From: an uncultured Lentisphaeraceae bacterium
GTDB lineage: Bacteria; Verrucomicrobiota; Kiritimatiellia; RFP12; UBA1067
NCBI GenBank assembly: GCA_964386385.1
Contig: CAYLRN010000007.1
Location: 54,374-118,373, forward strand
Length of the DNA stretch: 64,000 bases
Direction of reading: 5' to 3'
Made by a program: the position numbers and the translations under genes
Shown here: positions 37,701 to 46,993 of the stretch, one piece after another
Numbering within the stretch: position 1 is the stretch's first letter
Layout of the letters: every line of letters begins with the position of its first letter
Notes under the pieces: model-generated
Database searches by the model: none
Seen by the model: the letters and a program-made list of their open reading frames with translations, nothing else
Told to the model about the DNA's origin: nothing

Positions 37701-37955
37701 GGGAGGGACGCGCTCCCGCGCGTCCGCCGCAAAGACGGCATTCTACGGGAGGGCGCGTGTCCCCAGGCGCCGCCCGGCTTCGGTCGCGCAGGAGCGCGAC
37801 CCTCCCGGCTTGACCACTTGATTTTTCGTGTCCCGCAGGGCTTTGGCGTGTTCAGTGGCAAATCCTGCCCTCGGCGGCGCGACGAGACGTCGCGCCCTGC
37901 CGGTGAAGGCCCGTCAAGTGCAACTTGACCACTTAACGCTTAACCACTTAATCAC
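37701..37955. repeat. REP-like cluster (GGGAGGGACGCGCTCCCGCGCGTCC; GGTCGCGCAGGAGCGCGACCCTCCC; GGCGCGACGAGACGTCGCGCCCTGCC; ACTTAACGCTTAACCACTTAAT repeats)
   Basis: Seen directly; same families as elsewhere in the window. Confidence 0.6.
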
Positions 37956-37994
37956 TATATGGTATATTCTTCCGCAAACGAAATCAACGACTGA

Positions 37995-38993
37995 ATGAAA
38001 ATGCATTTCAAGACGACATTTGCCGCGGCGCTGCTCGCGCCCGGACTTCTCGCGGGGCCGGAGAGGCTGCGCCATTCGCCGCTGCAGCCGCTTCCAAAGG
38101 CGGCCGCCGACCTCCGCGTCTTCAAGTCCGCCGGCGCCCCGCATCCCGGCTACGTCCTCGCCGCGCAGATATGCCTCGACCGTCGGGGGCTTTCCTGCAA
38201 CACGCTTGACGGCTCGTGCGGACGCAAGACGCAGGTCGCGCTTGCGACGTGGTGCGCCCTCAAGGGGCTTGAGCACAGGCCGGGCGAGGAGGAGTTCGCC
38301 TGGGAGCGGCTTTTCCCCGGCGAGACGAACCTCTTCACGACAATCGTCGTCACGGCGGCGGACCGCGCCGCGCTCGTGAAGATCCCCTCCACCCCCGCCG
38401 CGAAGTCCGCGATGAAGAGCATGGGCTACGAGACGCTTCAGGAAGCGTACGCGGAGCGAGGGCGCCTCTCGCAGTCGATGCTGCGCAAGCTCAACCCGCG
38501 TCTCGCCTGGCCTGATCCGCCCGTCGGCTCGATGGTGACTGTCCCATATTTCCCGGAGACGTCGTGGAAGAGGGAGGCCTCGTCGCGCCGCATGGCGAGC
38601 GTCCTGCGCATTTCCCTTTCGCGCTTCGAGATAACCGCGTTCGACGCGGCGGGCGGGCTGATCGCCCTCTTTCCGTGTTCCATTGCGGCGGACAAGAGGA
38701 AGCTGCCGGCGGAAGGGGAGTTGCGCATCAAGACGATCGTGCCGCGTCCGAACTACACGTACACCCCGGAGGGCGGACGCGGCCAGAAGAGGATATTTCC
38801 GCCCGGTCCGAACAACCCCGTCGGCTCCGCCTGGATCGGGCTTGACCTGCCTGGATACGGAATGCACGGAACGCCGAACCCCGAACGCGTCGGATGCGCC
38901 GAATCGCACGGATGCTTCCGCCTTGCGAACTGGAACGCCGTGCGGCTCCGGAAGATGTGCGACGTCGGCGTGAGCGTTGTCGTCGAAAAGTAG
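37995..38993 (+). CDS. L,D-transpeptidase (YkuD-domain) family protein
   Basis: C-terminal catalytic motif HGTPNPERVGCAESHGCFRLANWNAVRL (the His and Cys of the YkuD active site). Signal peptide. Confidence 0.8.
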   Translation: MKMHFKTTFAAALLAPGLLAGPERLRHSPLQPLPKAAADLRVFKSAGAPHPGYVLAAQICLDRRGLSCNTLDGSCGRKTQVALATWCALKGLEHRPGEEEFAWERLFPGETNLFTTIVVTAADRAALVKIPSTPAAKSAMKSMGYETLQEAYAERGRLSQSMLRKLNPRLAWPDPPVGSMVTVPYFPETSWKREASSRRMASVLRISLSRFEITAFDAAGGLIALFPCSIAADKRKLPAEGELRIKTIVPRPNYTYTPEGGRGQKRIFPPGPNNPVGSAWIGLDLPGYGMHGTPNPERVGCAESHGCFRLANWNAVRLRKMCDVGVSVVVEK

Positions 38994-39084
38994 CCCCCTT
39001 GCGCCGCCATGCGCGCGACTCCGCGGACGGAGTCGCGCCGGTTGATTGTCCGCCCGAAACGTGGTACAATTGCGTTTCCTTTTA

Positions 39085-39161
<77 letters not shown>

Positions 39162-39180
39162 TTTCGGCGGGCGGCGCCGC

Positions 39181-41859
39181 TCAGCGGATGAGGACGAGGA
39201 ATCCGGAGGGGTTCTTGCCGACGACCTTGCCGACGCGCGCGAAGGGGGTCTTGTCGTTCAGGAAGAAGGGCTTCGCGCCGACCTTGTCCCAGAGCGCGGG
39301 CATTCCGTTTTCTCCGCCCAGGCGCACGGGGACGAAATTGCGCACGAGGACTCCGTCCTGCCAGACCTTCATCCCGTAGATCCGCGCGCGCGAGGTCTGC
39401 TTTGCCTCGCCCTTCACGTTCTCGCCGAAGAGGTACATGGAAAGGCCGGTGTCAACTTCGAAGTCGCCCGCGCGGTCCAGCACGGTCTCGCCGTCCACGG
39501 CGATCTGGATGCGGTCCGCCGCGAAGTCCGTCCGCACATGATATTTGCGGGCGGGGTCGACGTAGACGCCCTTTGCGGCCTCGTTCCATCCCATCTCCGC
39601 AGACGGGTCGCCCTTCTTGACGTAGAAGAAGCTCCCGCATCCGTAGCTGAACACGCTGCGCGCGTTGTGCCAGGGGTAGAAACGCATGGGGCCGTTGGCG
39701 GCGTTGTCCCCCTCGCCATCCACGCGTTCCCGGCCAGAGCCGAAGAAGCCGACGTCGCCGCCGACGTCTAGCCACGCCATGTCGAACTCCGCCACCATGC
39801 CGCTGCGGCCGACGATTTCCATGTCCAGCCAATGTCTGCCGTCCGTCTCGAGGAATTCGACGAGATGCGTGGGGCGGAGGGCGGCGACGTCCTTCGCCGG
39901 GCCGATGCAGTGGTCCGGCAGGGGGAGGACGGTGAAGTAGACCTTGTCGCCCACGGCGTCGTAGAGGCCGGCGCGTCCGTTCTTCATGCAGGGGCTGAAG
40001 TCGCGCACGAGTTCGCCGTCCTGCCAGATCTTGAGTTCGTAGACGCGGGAGCGTCCGGCGTAGCGCAGACTCTTGTTTCCGACGTTCGCGCCGAAGAGGT
40101 AGAGGCTGCATCCCGCGTCGACCGGATCAGCCACCTGTTCGGAGACGTACTGCACTCCGTCCAGGGCGAGCGTCTGCGCGTCGGCCATGTACGACGCCTC
40201 GTATTCGTAGTCCCGGTCGACCGACAGCCCGATTCCGTCCGTGGTCTCCGCCGATGCCGTGGGATAGATTTTCGTCATGCCGTATCCGAACCAGAGCGCC
40301 CCGGCGGGCGAATGGATCAGGTACATGCGGTTGTTCGAGTCCGACGCGCAGGCGCCGAGGAAGGTGGTTTCGTTCAGCGAATCGACGTGCGAGAAGAAGT
40401 TGCCGCGAGTGCCGAGTGCGTTCCAGCGCATCTTCGCCGCGGCGGCGGTGCCGGTGCGCGCGCGGACGCCCGTGTCGAGGTACGTGCAGCCGGGCGATTC
40501 AACGTACTCAAGGTAGTAGTCTGGTCTGCCGGAGGCCGTAATCGGCGCGGTGACGAGTTCGCCGCCCTGCGGATAGAAGATGCGCCTGTCGACGGCGTCG
40601 TAGAGCGCGACGCGGCCGTACTTGACGCATGGGAGGAAGTCGCGCACGAGCGCGCCGTCCTGCCAGATCTTGAGAGACCAGAGACGCGCCTTGCTCTTGT
40701 TCAGGGCCTCTTCGCCGACGTGGTTGGCGAAGAGGTAGAGGCTGCGGCCTGTGTCGTAGGACGCGGAGGAGGTGGCGGAGTAGACGCGTCGGCCGTCGAC
40801 GTCCATCGTCTGGCTGCCGGCGTCAAGGGAGGTTTCGACGAGATAGCGCGTTCCCGCGGTGAAGAGTGTGTCGTCCGTCGCGCGGATGAACGTGCCGTAG
40901 CCGATTGCGGGCTTGTTGTCCCAGGCGGAATGCAGCAGGAAGACTCGGTCGTTCACGTCCAGGGACGAGCGGGCGTTGAGGAATGCGTAGTCGCCGTTGA
41001 GGTTGAGCCAGGCCATGTCCGCCCTGCACGACGTGCCGGAGCGTCCGGGCACCTCGACGTCCACGTACGCGCTGCCTGTCGAATCCGCGTACTCGACGAA
41101 ATAGTCCGGCTCGTTGTACGCGGCGTCGTACGCCAGGTCGTCCGTGCCGTCGATGGCGTAGAGGATGGCGTCGGAGACGGCGTCGTGGAGGCCGGCGCGG
41201 CCGTCCTTGAGGCAGGGCCTCAGGTCGCGGACGAGTTCGCCGTCCTGCCAGACCTTGAGGGAGTAGACGCGCGCCCACGCCCTGTTGGTGACGACGCCGT
41301 CCACGTTGTCCGCGAAGAGGTGGAGGTTGAGGCCTGTGTCCGAAAGACCGTCTGCCACGACCGGGCACGGCGCGTTGGTGACGTCCGAGTAGTAGGCGGG
41401 ATAGTAGATGCGGTCTCCCCATTCGGGACGCAGGAGCGCGAACGTCATCGCCGTCTGCGTCTCGTTCGTAGTGAAGAACTCGACGGTCGCGGTGAAGTCG
41501 CGGTCCTTCTCCCACTGGTAGTTCGTCCATTGATTGGGGCGCAGCAGGGTGGCCTCCGAGCCGAAGCCGAAGACCGCATTGCCATTGGCGGTGCTCGAAT
41601 GGATGAACTCCGCGCGGGAGGCGTCGTCGCCGGTCTTCGCGGCGCCGAGAAGGCACATTTCGCCGTTGCGCTCGGCCGTCCACCGGAACTTGACCTGGAC
41701 CTTCGTGTCCGCGCGCCCGACGACGCCGACGTCGACGGCGGAACGTCCATGCGCCTCGACGTACTCAAGCCATGCGTCGGGCGTCTCCGCCCGCGTCATC
41801 CCGGCGCCAAGCAGCGCAAGCCCGCACGCCGCGCAGGCCATCATGTGTCCGTTCGCCAT
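39181..41859 (-). CDS. secreted protein composed of four tandem ~215-aa repeats of unknown function
   Basis: Signal peptide. Each repeat ends with a conserved block, for example RVYSLKVWQDGELVRDLRPCLKDGRAGLHDAV, ARLWSLKIWQDGALVRDFLPCVKYGRVALYDAV, SRVYELKIWQDGELVRDFSPCMKNGRAGLYDAV and ARIYGMKVWQDGVLVRNFVPV. Confidence 0.6.
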   Translation of the reverse strand: MANGHMMACAACGLALLGAGMTRAETPDAWLEYVEAHGRSAVDVGVVGRADTKVQVKFRWTAERNGEMCLLGAAKTGDDASRAEFIHSSTANGNAVFGFGSEATLLRPNQWTNYQWEKDRDFTATVEFFTTNETQTAMTFALLRPEWGDRIYYPAYYSDVTNAPCPVVADGLSDTGLNLHLFADNVDGVVTNRAWARVYSLKVWQDGELVRDLRPCLKDGRAGLHDAVSDAILYAIDGTDDLAYDAAYNEPDYFVEYADSTGSAYVDVEVPGRSGTSCRADMAWLNLNGDYAFLNARSSLDVNDRVFLLHSAWDNKPAIGYGTFIRATDDTLFTAGTRYLVETSLDAGSQTMDVDGRRVYSATSSASYDTGRSLYLFANHVGEEALNKSKARLWSLKIWQDGALVRDFLPCVKYGRVALYDAVDRRIFYPQGGELVTAPITASGRPDYYLEYVESPGCTYLDTGVRARTGTAAAAKMRWNALGTRGNFFSHVDSLNETTFLGACASDSNNRMYLIHSPAGALWFGYGMTKIYPTASAETTDGIGLSVDRDYEYEASYMADAQTLALDGVQYVSEQVADPVDAGCSLYLFGANVGNKSLRYAGRSRVYELKIWQDGELVRDFSPCMKNGRAGLYDAVGDKVYFTVLPLPDHCIGPAKDVAALRPTHLVEFLETDGRHWLDMEIVGRSGMVAEFDMAWLDVGGDVGFFGSGRERVDGEGDNAANGPMRFYPWHNARSVFSYGCGSFFYVKKGDPSAEMGWNEAAKGVYVDPARKYHVRTDFAADRIQIAVDGETVLDRAGDFEVDTGLSMYLFGENVKGEAKQTSRARIYGMKVWQDGVLVRNFVPVRLGGENGMPALWDKVGAKPFFLNDKTPFARVGKVVGKNPSGFLVLIR

Positions 41860-41967
41860 GCCCGTCTCCTTTGACTGTTAGGAAGTCCGTCTGCCAAAAA
41901 TGCAATCCGACATTCACGAGACAATTATATCTGTTTTTTTTTCCCTGTCAATCGGCGGGGCCAAGGA

Positions 41968-42515
41968 GATTAAGTGATTAAGTGGTTAAGTGGTCAAGCG
42001 AGTGGATGACCGGGTGGTCAAGCGGTTAAGTGGATAGATGATCGGATGGTCAAGCGAGTGGGCGGCGGACGCGCGGGAGCGCGTCCCTCCCACGGGGACG
42101 GCCATCCGGTAGGGCGGGGCGTCCCGCCCCGCCGCCGCGGACGAAACGGCGCGACGTCGCAATTCCGTCGCGGAAAAAGGCGGAACAGACGTATTTTCGG
42201 TAGGGCGCGACGTCTCGTCGCGCCGTTTCGCCGATGGCGGCGCGTGAGGACACGCGCCCGCCCGATGCGCAGACGGATGCGGCGGGGCGGGACGCCCCGC
42301 CCTACCAGATTGGCAGTTCAACCGCATTCTGTGGTATAATGGCGCAAGGCATGAAAGACATGACCGCCGGATGCCGGCGGCCATGTGGTTAAGTAGTTAA
42401 GTGATTAAGCAGTTGAGTAGGCAAGGGTTGAGTAGACAAGTGGTCAAGCAGTTAAGCGGGAAGCCTCTGCCCGCGCACTGACGCACTTGACCACTTGACT
42501 GCTTAACCTCTTGAT
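41968..42515. repeat. large REP-like cluster in a divergent intergenic region (TTAAGTGG-type repeats x2 blocks; GGACGCGCGGGAGCGCGTCCCTCCC; GGTAGGGCGGGGCGTCCCGCCCCGCC; GGTAGGGCGCGACGTCTCGTCGCGCC; GCGGGGCGGGACGCCCCGCCCTACC)
   Basis: Seen directly. It also contains a candidate extended -10 promoter (below). Confidence 0.6.
42310..42340 (+). promoter_or_regulatory. candidate promoter TTGGCA-N19-TGgTATAAT upstream of the FGE-domain gene; the transcript would carry TTAAGTRG repeats in its 5' UTR
   Basis: TATAAT at 42335-42340 with an upstream TG. The spacer is long (19 bp), so confidence is low. Confidence 0.3.
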
Positions 42516-42536
42516 CTTGCTGGCGGAGAATGCACG

Positions 42537-45500
42537 ATGAAGAGACTTCTGGTGATGGCGGCTGTGGCCGCGGCGGTTCTCGCCTGCCGGGCGGAGAGCC
42601 GCAAGGACAGGGCGATCAGGCGCCTTCAGGCAGTCAAGGCGGAGAGCGTGCGCATGGCGTGGGCCGACATGGCGAAGCGCTGGCCGGACAGGTTCGAGGC
42701 GAACCCCGCCTGGCTGCGCGACTTCGAGAAGACGCAGAAGCGTCTGCTTGACTCGATGATGGGCGACTGGGGGCCCTACTACGGCGAACTCGAGCCGGTC
42801 GCCGGCGCGGAGAAGTTCCTCGCCGACCTGCGCGCGCGCCTCCTCTCCAACCCTCTCCTCGACTGCGACAGGCTGCTCGTCGTCCGCCGCCGCCCCGACC
42901 GGCTCGGCCTCCACCAGAACTGGCAGCAGCCGCGCGACGTCGCAAGCTGTCAGAACGAACTCGGCATCCTCTCCAACCTGCGCGCCGCCCCGTCGTTCGC
43001 CGCCGCAGACGAGACGAAGAGCGGCTACATCGGCGAGCTCTGCCTCCACTGGGACGGACGGCGCGTGATGTACACGAGAAGGACGGACCGCACGGACAGG
43101 CCGCCGAAGTCGCGCGGCTCGCGTCCCGTGGAGACGATCGACCGCGTCTTCGAGCTCGACCTCTCCCGGCCCGGCGCGAAGCCGCGCGAACTGCCGCTCA
43201 TCCCCGACGCCGACGTCAACTGCTACGCCGGCTGCTACCTCCCCGACGGCGCCGTCATCTTCATCTCCGACGCCTCCATGGTCGGCGTCCCCTGCGTTGT
43301 CGGACACAGCTGGGTGGGAAGCCTCTACCGCAGGGAGCCCGACGGCGCGATCCGCCGCCTGACGTTCGACCAGGACAACAACTGGTGCCCCAACGTCATG
43401 CCCGACGGGCGAGTCATGTTTCTCCACTGGGAGTACGCCGACATCACCCACTACTGCTCGCGCATCCTCTTCACGATGAACCCGGACGGCACCACGCAGC
43501 GCGCCTGCTACGGCAGCGATTCCTACTGGCCGAACGCGCTCTTCAACGCCCGCCCATGCCCCGACAACCCCGACATGTTCACGGCCATTGTCACAGGACA
43601 TCACGGCCAGCCCCGCTACGGCGAGCTGACGCTCTTCGACGTGAACAGGGGGCGCAAGCGCGCGGACGGCGTCGTCCAGCGCTTCACCGAGCGCGGAAAG
43701 AAGGTGGAGCCGATCGTGCGCGACCGCCTGGCGGACTACTCCTGGCCGAAGTTCTGCCACCCCTGGCCGCTGTCCTCGTCGTACGTCGTCGTCGCCGCGC
43801 GTCCGACGGAGAAGGACGGCTGGGGACTCTACCTCGCGGACGAGTTCGACAACCTGACGCCCATCGTCGAGGACGCCGCCAACGTCTACATGGAGCCGAT
43901 TCCCCTGCAGCCGGCGAAGACGCCGCCCGTGATCGCGTCCCGCGTCGACCCCGCCTCCACCACCGGCCTCATGAAGGTCACGGACGTCTACGACGGTCTC
44001 GGCCTCCGCGGCGTCCCGCGCGGGACGGTCAAGTCCCTGCGCCTCTACACCTATTCGTTCGCCTACCGCTGGATGGGCGGCGAGACCGACCACCACGGTC
44101 TCGACGGTCCATGGGACATAAAGCGAATCATCGGCACCGTCCCGGTCGAGGCCGACGGCTCCGCCTACTTCACCGTGCCCGCGAACCTTCCCGTCTCCAT
44201 CCAGCCGCTCGACGCCAAGGGCCGCGCCGTGCAGCTCATGCGCAGCTGGACGCAGTCGATGCCGGGTGAAATGGCCTCGTGCAGCGGCTGCCACGAGGAG
44301 AACCAGGCCAGCGCCGGGCCGAACCACCGCCTTTTGGCAATGGAGCGCAAGGCCTCCGCGATAAAGCCCTGGCACGGGCCCGAGCGCGGCTTCGACTTCC
44401 GCCGAGAAGTGCAGCCCGTCCTGGACCGCTACTGCGTCTCGTGCCACGACGGAAAGTCGAAGCTCGACCTGACGGACCGCCCGGAGATCTGCATCAAGAC
44501 GAAGGAGACGTACTACATGAACGACGGCTTCTTCCCGCCGTCGTACGTTGCCCTCTGCTCGTACGTACGCAACCACACGCAGGAGGGGGACAACGACGTC
44601 CTCTCGCCCTGCGACGTCGCGGCGGACACCACCGCGCTCGTGCAACTGCTCGAAAACGGACACCACGGCGTGCGGCTGGACGACGAGGCGTGGGACCGCA
44701 TCGACACCTGGATTGACCTCAACCGCATGGGACACGGCACGTGGCACGAAACCGTCGGCACCAACCGCGTCGCCCATTTCGCCGCCCGCCGCGCCGACCT
44801 CCAGAAACGCTATGCGAACGTCGTCGAGGACCACGAGAGGACGTACGGCATGGCCGTTCTGAAGACGCCCGCGCTTTCGCGCCTCCCCGCGCCGCCGAAG
44901 CCCGCCCCCGCGAAGATCCTTTCCGTCGGAACGCGCTCCGAACCGCTGCGCAGGACTCTCGACCTCGGCGGCGGAGTGTCCGTGGAGCTCGCGCGCATCC
45001 CCGCCGGACGCTACGTGGACGCCTCGGGCGCGGAGGTGGAGATCGCGCGTCCGTACTGGATGGGCGTGGACGAGATAACGAACGAGCAGTACCGCCGCCT
45101 TGTGCCGTCGCACGACAGCGGACTTGAGCGCGGCGAGTTCATGCAGTTCACAGAGCAGGAGCGCGGATACCCGCTGAACGAGCCGGACCAGCCCGTCGTG
45201 CGCGTCTCCCGCGACGAGGCCGCCGCCTACTGCGCCGCGCTTGCGAAGAAGACGGGCGCGAAGGTGCGCCTGCCATCTGGCGGCGAATGGGAATGGGCCG
45301 CGCGCGCCGGCGCCGCGACGCCGCTCTGGTGGGGCGACCGCGACGTGGACTTCTCGAAGAAGGGCAACCTGGCGGACAGGACGTTCCGCCGGCAGGACCG
45401 CTTCCGGGCGAACGTCCCCGGCATGGCCGTCCCGCCGTGGCGTCCGGCCGACGAGCGTTTTGACGACGGCTACCGCGTGAGCGCGCCCGTGGCGGCGTTC

Positions 45501-45731
45501 GAGCCGAATGCGTGGGGACTGCGCAACGCGCACGGGAACGTCTGGGAGTGGACGGCGGACGTCGTCTCCAACCGCCCCTTCGCCCGCCAGCCCGACGATG
45601 CGCCGCGCGCAGTCGCCCGCGGCGGCTCGTGCTGGAGCCGTCCGAAGGACGCCGGCTTCGCCGCTCGCGTCTCCTACCGCACCTGGCAGAAGGTCCACGA
45701 CGTCGGCTTCCGCGTCCTCGTCGAGGAATGA
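42537..45731 (+). CDS. large secreted multidomain protein with a C-terminal formylglycine-generating-enzyme (FGE/SUMF1) domain
   Basis: Signal peptide. C-terminal NAWGLRNAHGNVWEWTAD…RGGSCW motifs of FGE-sulfatase. Internal CSGCHEENQ and CVSCHDGKS (CxxCH) motifs suggest a cytochrome-c-like module. Confidence 0.7.
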   Translation: MKRLLVMAAVAAAVLACRAESRKDRAIRRLQAVKAESVRMAWADMAKRWPDRFEANPAWLRDFEKTQKRLLDSMMGDWGPYYGELEPVAGAEKFLADLRARLLSNPLLDCDRLLVVRRRPDRLGLHQNWQQPRDVASCQNELGILSNLRAAPSFAAADETKSGYIGELCLHWDGRRVMYTRRTDRTDRPPKSRGSRPVETIDRVFELDLSRPGAKPRELPLIPDADVNCYAGCYLPDGAVIFISDASMVGVPCVVGHSWVGSLYRREPDGAIRRLTFDQDNNWCPNVMPDGRVMFLHWEYADITHYCSRILFTMNPDGTTQRACYGSDSYWPNALFNARPCPDNPDMFTAIVTGHHGQPRYGELTLFDVNRGRKRADGVVQRFTERGKKVEPIVRDRLADYSWPKFCHPWPLSSSYVVVAARPTEKDGWGLYLADEFDNLTPIVEDAANVYMEPIPLQPAKTPPVIASRVDPASTTGLMKVTDVYDGLGLRGVPRGTVKSLRLYTYSFAYRWMGGETDHHGLDGPWDIKRIIGTVPVEADGSAYFTVPANLPVSIQPLDAKGRAVQLMRSWTQSMPGEMASCSGCHEENQASAGPNHRLLAMERKASAIKPWHGPERGFDFRREVQPVLDRYCVSCHDGKSKLDLTDRPEICIKTKETYYMNDGFFPPSYVALCSYVRNHTQEGDNDVLSPCDVAADTTALVQLLENGHHGVRLDDEAWDRIDTWIDLNRMGHGTWHETVGTNRVAHFAARRADLQKRYANVVEDHERTYGMAVLKTPALSRLPAPPKPAPAKILSVGTRSEPLRRTLDLGGGVSVELARIPAGRYVDASGAEVEIARPYWMGVDEITNEQYRRLVPSHDSGLERGEFMQFTEQERGYPLNEPDQPVVRVSRDEAAAYCAALAKKTGAKVRLPSGGEWEWAARAGAATPLWWGDRDVDFSKKGNLADRTFRRQDRFRANVPGMAVPPWRPADERFDDGYRVSAPVAAFEPNAWGLRNAHGNVWEWTADVVSNRPFARQPDDAPRAVARGGSCWSRPKDAGFAARVSYRTWQKVHDVGFRVLVEE

Positions 45732-45756
45732 GCGGCGACGTCCCCGATTCGCGTTC

Positions 45757-45785
45757 TTGCGTTTCATGCCTTGAAAGTGTATAAT
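45757..45785 (+). promoter_or_regulatory. promoter TTGCGT-N17-TATAAT for fba
   Basis: -35 at 45757-45762 and -10 at 45780-45785. Same motif family as the promoters at 23639, 33648 and 63854. Confidence 0.45.
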
Positions 45786-45817
45786 GGCAGCCATTCTTTT
45801 TCACGAAAGGAAGAACA

Positions 45818-46822
45818 ATGAAGGAAGTCAGCTACAAGGAACTTGGCCTCGTCAACACGAAGGAGATGTTTGCGAAGGCCGTTAAGGGCGGATATGCGAT
45901 TCCGGCCTTCAACTTCAACACGATGGAGCAGATGCAGGCCATCGTCCAGGCCGCCGTCGAGACGAAGTCGCCCGTCATCATGCAGGTCTCCAAGGGCGCG
46001 CGCAAGTACGCCAACCCCACGATCCTCCGCTACATGGCGCAGGGCGCGGTCGAATACGCCAAGGAACTGGGCTGCGCCAATCCGCAGATCGTCCTTCACC
46101 TCGACCACGGCGACAGCTTCGAGACGTGCAAGAGCTGCATCGACATGGGCTTCTCCAGCGTCATGATCGACGGCTCGTCCCTTCCCTTCGAGAAGAACAT
46201 CGAAGTCACGAAGCAGGTCGTCGACTACGCGCACGCGCACGACGTCACGGTTGAGGCCGAGCTCGGCGTCCTGGCCGGCGTCGAGGACGAAGTCGCCGCC
46301 GAGGAGAGCCACTACACTAAGCCGGAGGAAGTGATCGAGTTCGCCACGAAGACGGGCTGCGACTCCCTCGCCATCTCGATTGGCACGTCCCACGGCGCCT
46401 ACAAGTTCAAGCCGGAGCAGTGCACGCGCGACCCCAAGACGGGCAAGCTCGTCCCGCCGCCGCTGGCGTTCGACGTCCTCGCCGAAATCGAGAAGAAGCT
46501 CCCCGGCTTCCCGATTGTCCTCCACGGCTCGTCCTCCGTCCCGCAGGACGAGGTCGACACGATCAACAAGTTCGGCGGCAAGCTCCCCGACGCGGTGGGC
46601 ATCCCCGAAGAGCAGCTTCGCCAGGCAGCGAAGAGCGCCGTGTGCAAGATCAACATCGACTCCGACTCCCGCCTCGCGATGACGGCCGCCATCCGCCAGC
46701 ACTTCGCGGAGCATCCGGACCACTTCGACCCGCGCCAGTACCTCACCCCCGCGCGCGACAACATGAAGAAGATGTACGTCCACAAGATCGTCAACGTGCT
46801 TGGCTCCAACGACAAGCTGTAA
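45818..46822 (+). CDS. fba: class II fructose-bisphosphate aldolase
   Basis: Near-collinear with class II FBA (…HLDHGDSF…, …LHGSSSVPQDE…). Confidence 0.9.
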   Translation: MKEVSYKELGLVNTKEMFAKAVKGGYAIPAFNFNTMEQMQAIVQAAVETKSPVIMQVSKGARKYANPTILRYMAQGAVEYAKELGCANPQIVLHLDHGDSFETCKSCIDMGFSSVMIDGSSLPFEKNIEVTKQVVDYAHAHDVTVEAELGVLAGVEDEVAAEESHYTKPEEVIEFATKTGCDSLAISIGTSHGAYKFKPEQCTRDPKTGKLVPPPLAFDVLAEIEKKLPGFPIVLHGSSSVPQDEVDTINKFGGKLPDAVGIPEEQLRQAAKSAVCKINIDSDSRLAMTAAIRQHFAEHPDHFDPRQYLTPARDNMKKMYVHKIVNVLGSNDKL

Positions 46823-46993
46823 GGTCTTGAATCCGGTTCCCGAACGACGGGAAGCAGGACAGGGGCGTCGTCCGGTCACGGTCGGCGTCCCTGGCTTTCG
46901 TTGAAGGAATGGCGCTGCGTGCTGGAATGCCGCCTGTTCGGCGGCGAATGATGAAGGGCGGAATGCATGGAAGACATGGAATGCACGGAATAC

